Source: Actinomycetota bacterium
Lineage (GTDB): Bacteria; Actinomycetota; Acidimicrobiia; IMCC26256; VFJJ01
Length of the DNA: 56,154 nucleotides
Direction: 5' to 3'
NCBI GenBank assembly: GCA_009886115.1
Contig: VFJJ01000100.1
Coordinates: 1-56,154, forward strand
A program made the position numbers and the translations under genes. Of this stretch, positions 56,028 through 56,154 are shown in pieces. The stretch's first letter is position 1. The number at the start of each line of letters is the position of its first letter. The notes beneath the pieces were generated by a model that had not been told where the DNA came from, made no database searches, and saw nothing but the letters and a program-made list of their open reading frames with translations.

Positions 56028-56106
56028 CCCGGAACGCTCGGTGTTGGTGCGACGGGCGGAGGCGAGGGGGGAGGCCATGGACGATTGTGCCCTTCATCGG
56101 TTGGTC

Positions 56107-56154
56107 GGCGGAGGCTGAGGCGGAGGCGGAGGCGGAGGCGGAGGCGGAGGCGGA
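56107..56154. repeat. (GGCGGA)n microsatellite running off the window end
   Basis: Six exact copies at 56119-56154, preceded by one exact and one variant copy. Confidence 0.9.

Noticed and set aside
56107..56154. Functional meaning for the terminal GGCGGA array
   Set aside because: Truncated by the window edge and possibly a contig-break repeat; cannot be interpreted.

Overview
High-GC actinobacterial DNA, most likely Acidimicrobiia (an inference from gene content and an actinobacterial-type tRNA cluster). Four blocks. (1) 1-12.3 kb: a sugar-tailoring cluster (fdtA/fdtB 3-amino-3,6-dideoxyhexose pathway, GNAT/FemAB-like acyltransferase, three methyltransferases, FAD oxidoreductase, two GT2s). 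It is divergent from an isolated fliF-fliG-fliH triplet, and sigma28/FliA-like promoters point both ways, so it is probably a flagellin glycosylation locus. (2) 12.2-17.8 kb: lgt, a head-to-head Fpg/Nei glycosylase and Prim-PolC repair pair, and an epoxide hydrolase. (3) 17.8-28.7 kb: a minus-strand catabolic run (amidohydrolase, fused two-domain CoA-transferase III, TetR, DUF35 plus Ltp2-like aldolase, His-tailed EamA, MDR reductase, P450, crotonase) with two copies of a candidate TetR operator, ending at a dead integrase beside tRNA-Phe. (4) A tRNA-Phe/Asp/Glu/Lys cluster followed by a ~25 kb segment bounded by a degenerate direct repeat. This segment holds IS21-end and HNH relics, mocDEF (rhizopine-type demethylase), iolB/E/C/aldolase/iolD, three Gfo/Idh/MocA dehydrogenases, an SDR, a PhyH dioxygenase, an ABC transporter with an oversized permease, and class II xylA-xylB. 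All calls come from reading motifs by eye; no database searches were run.
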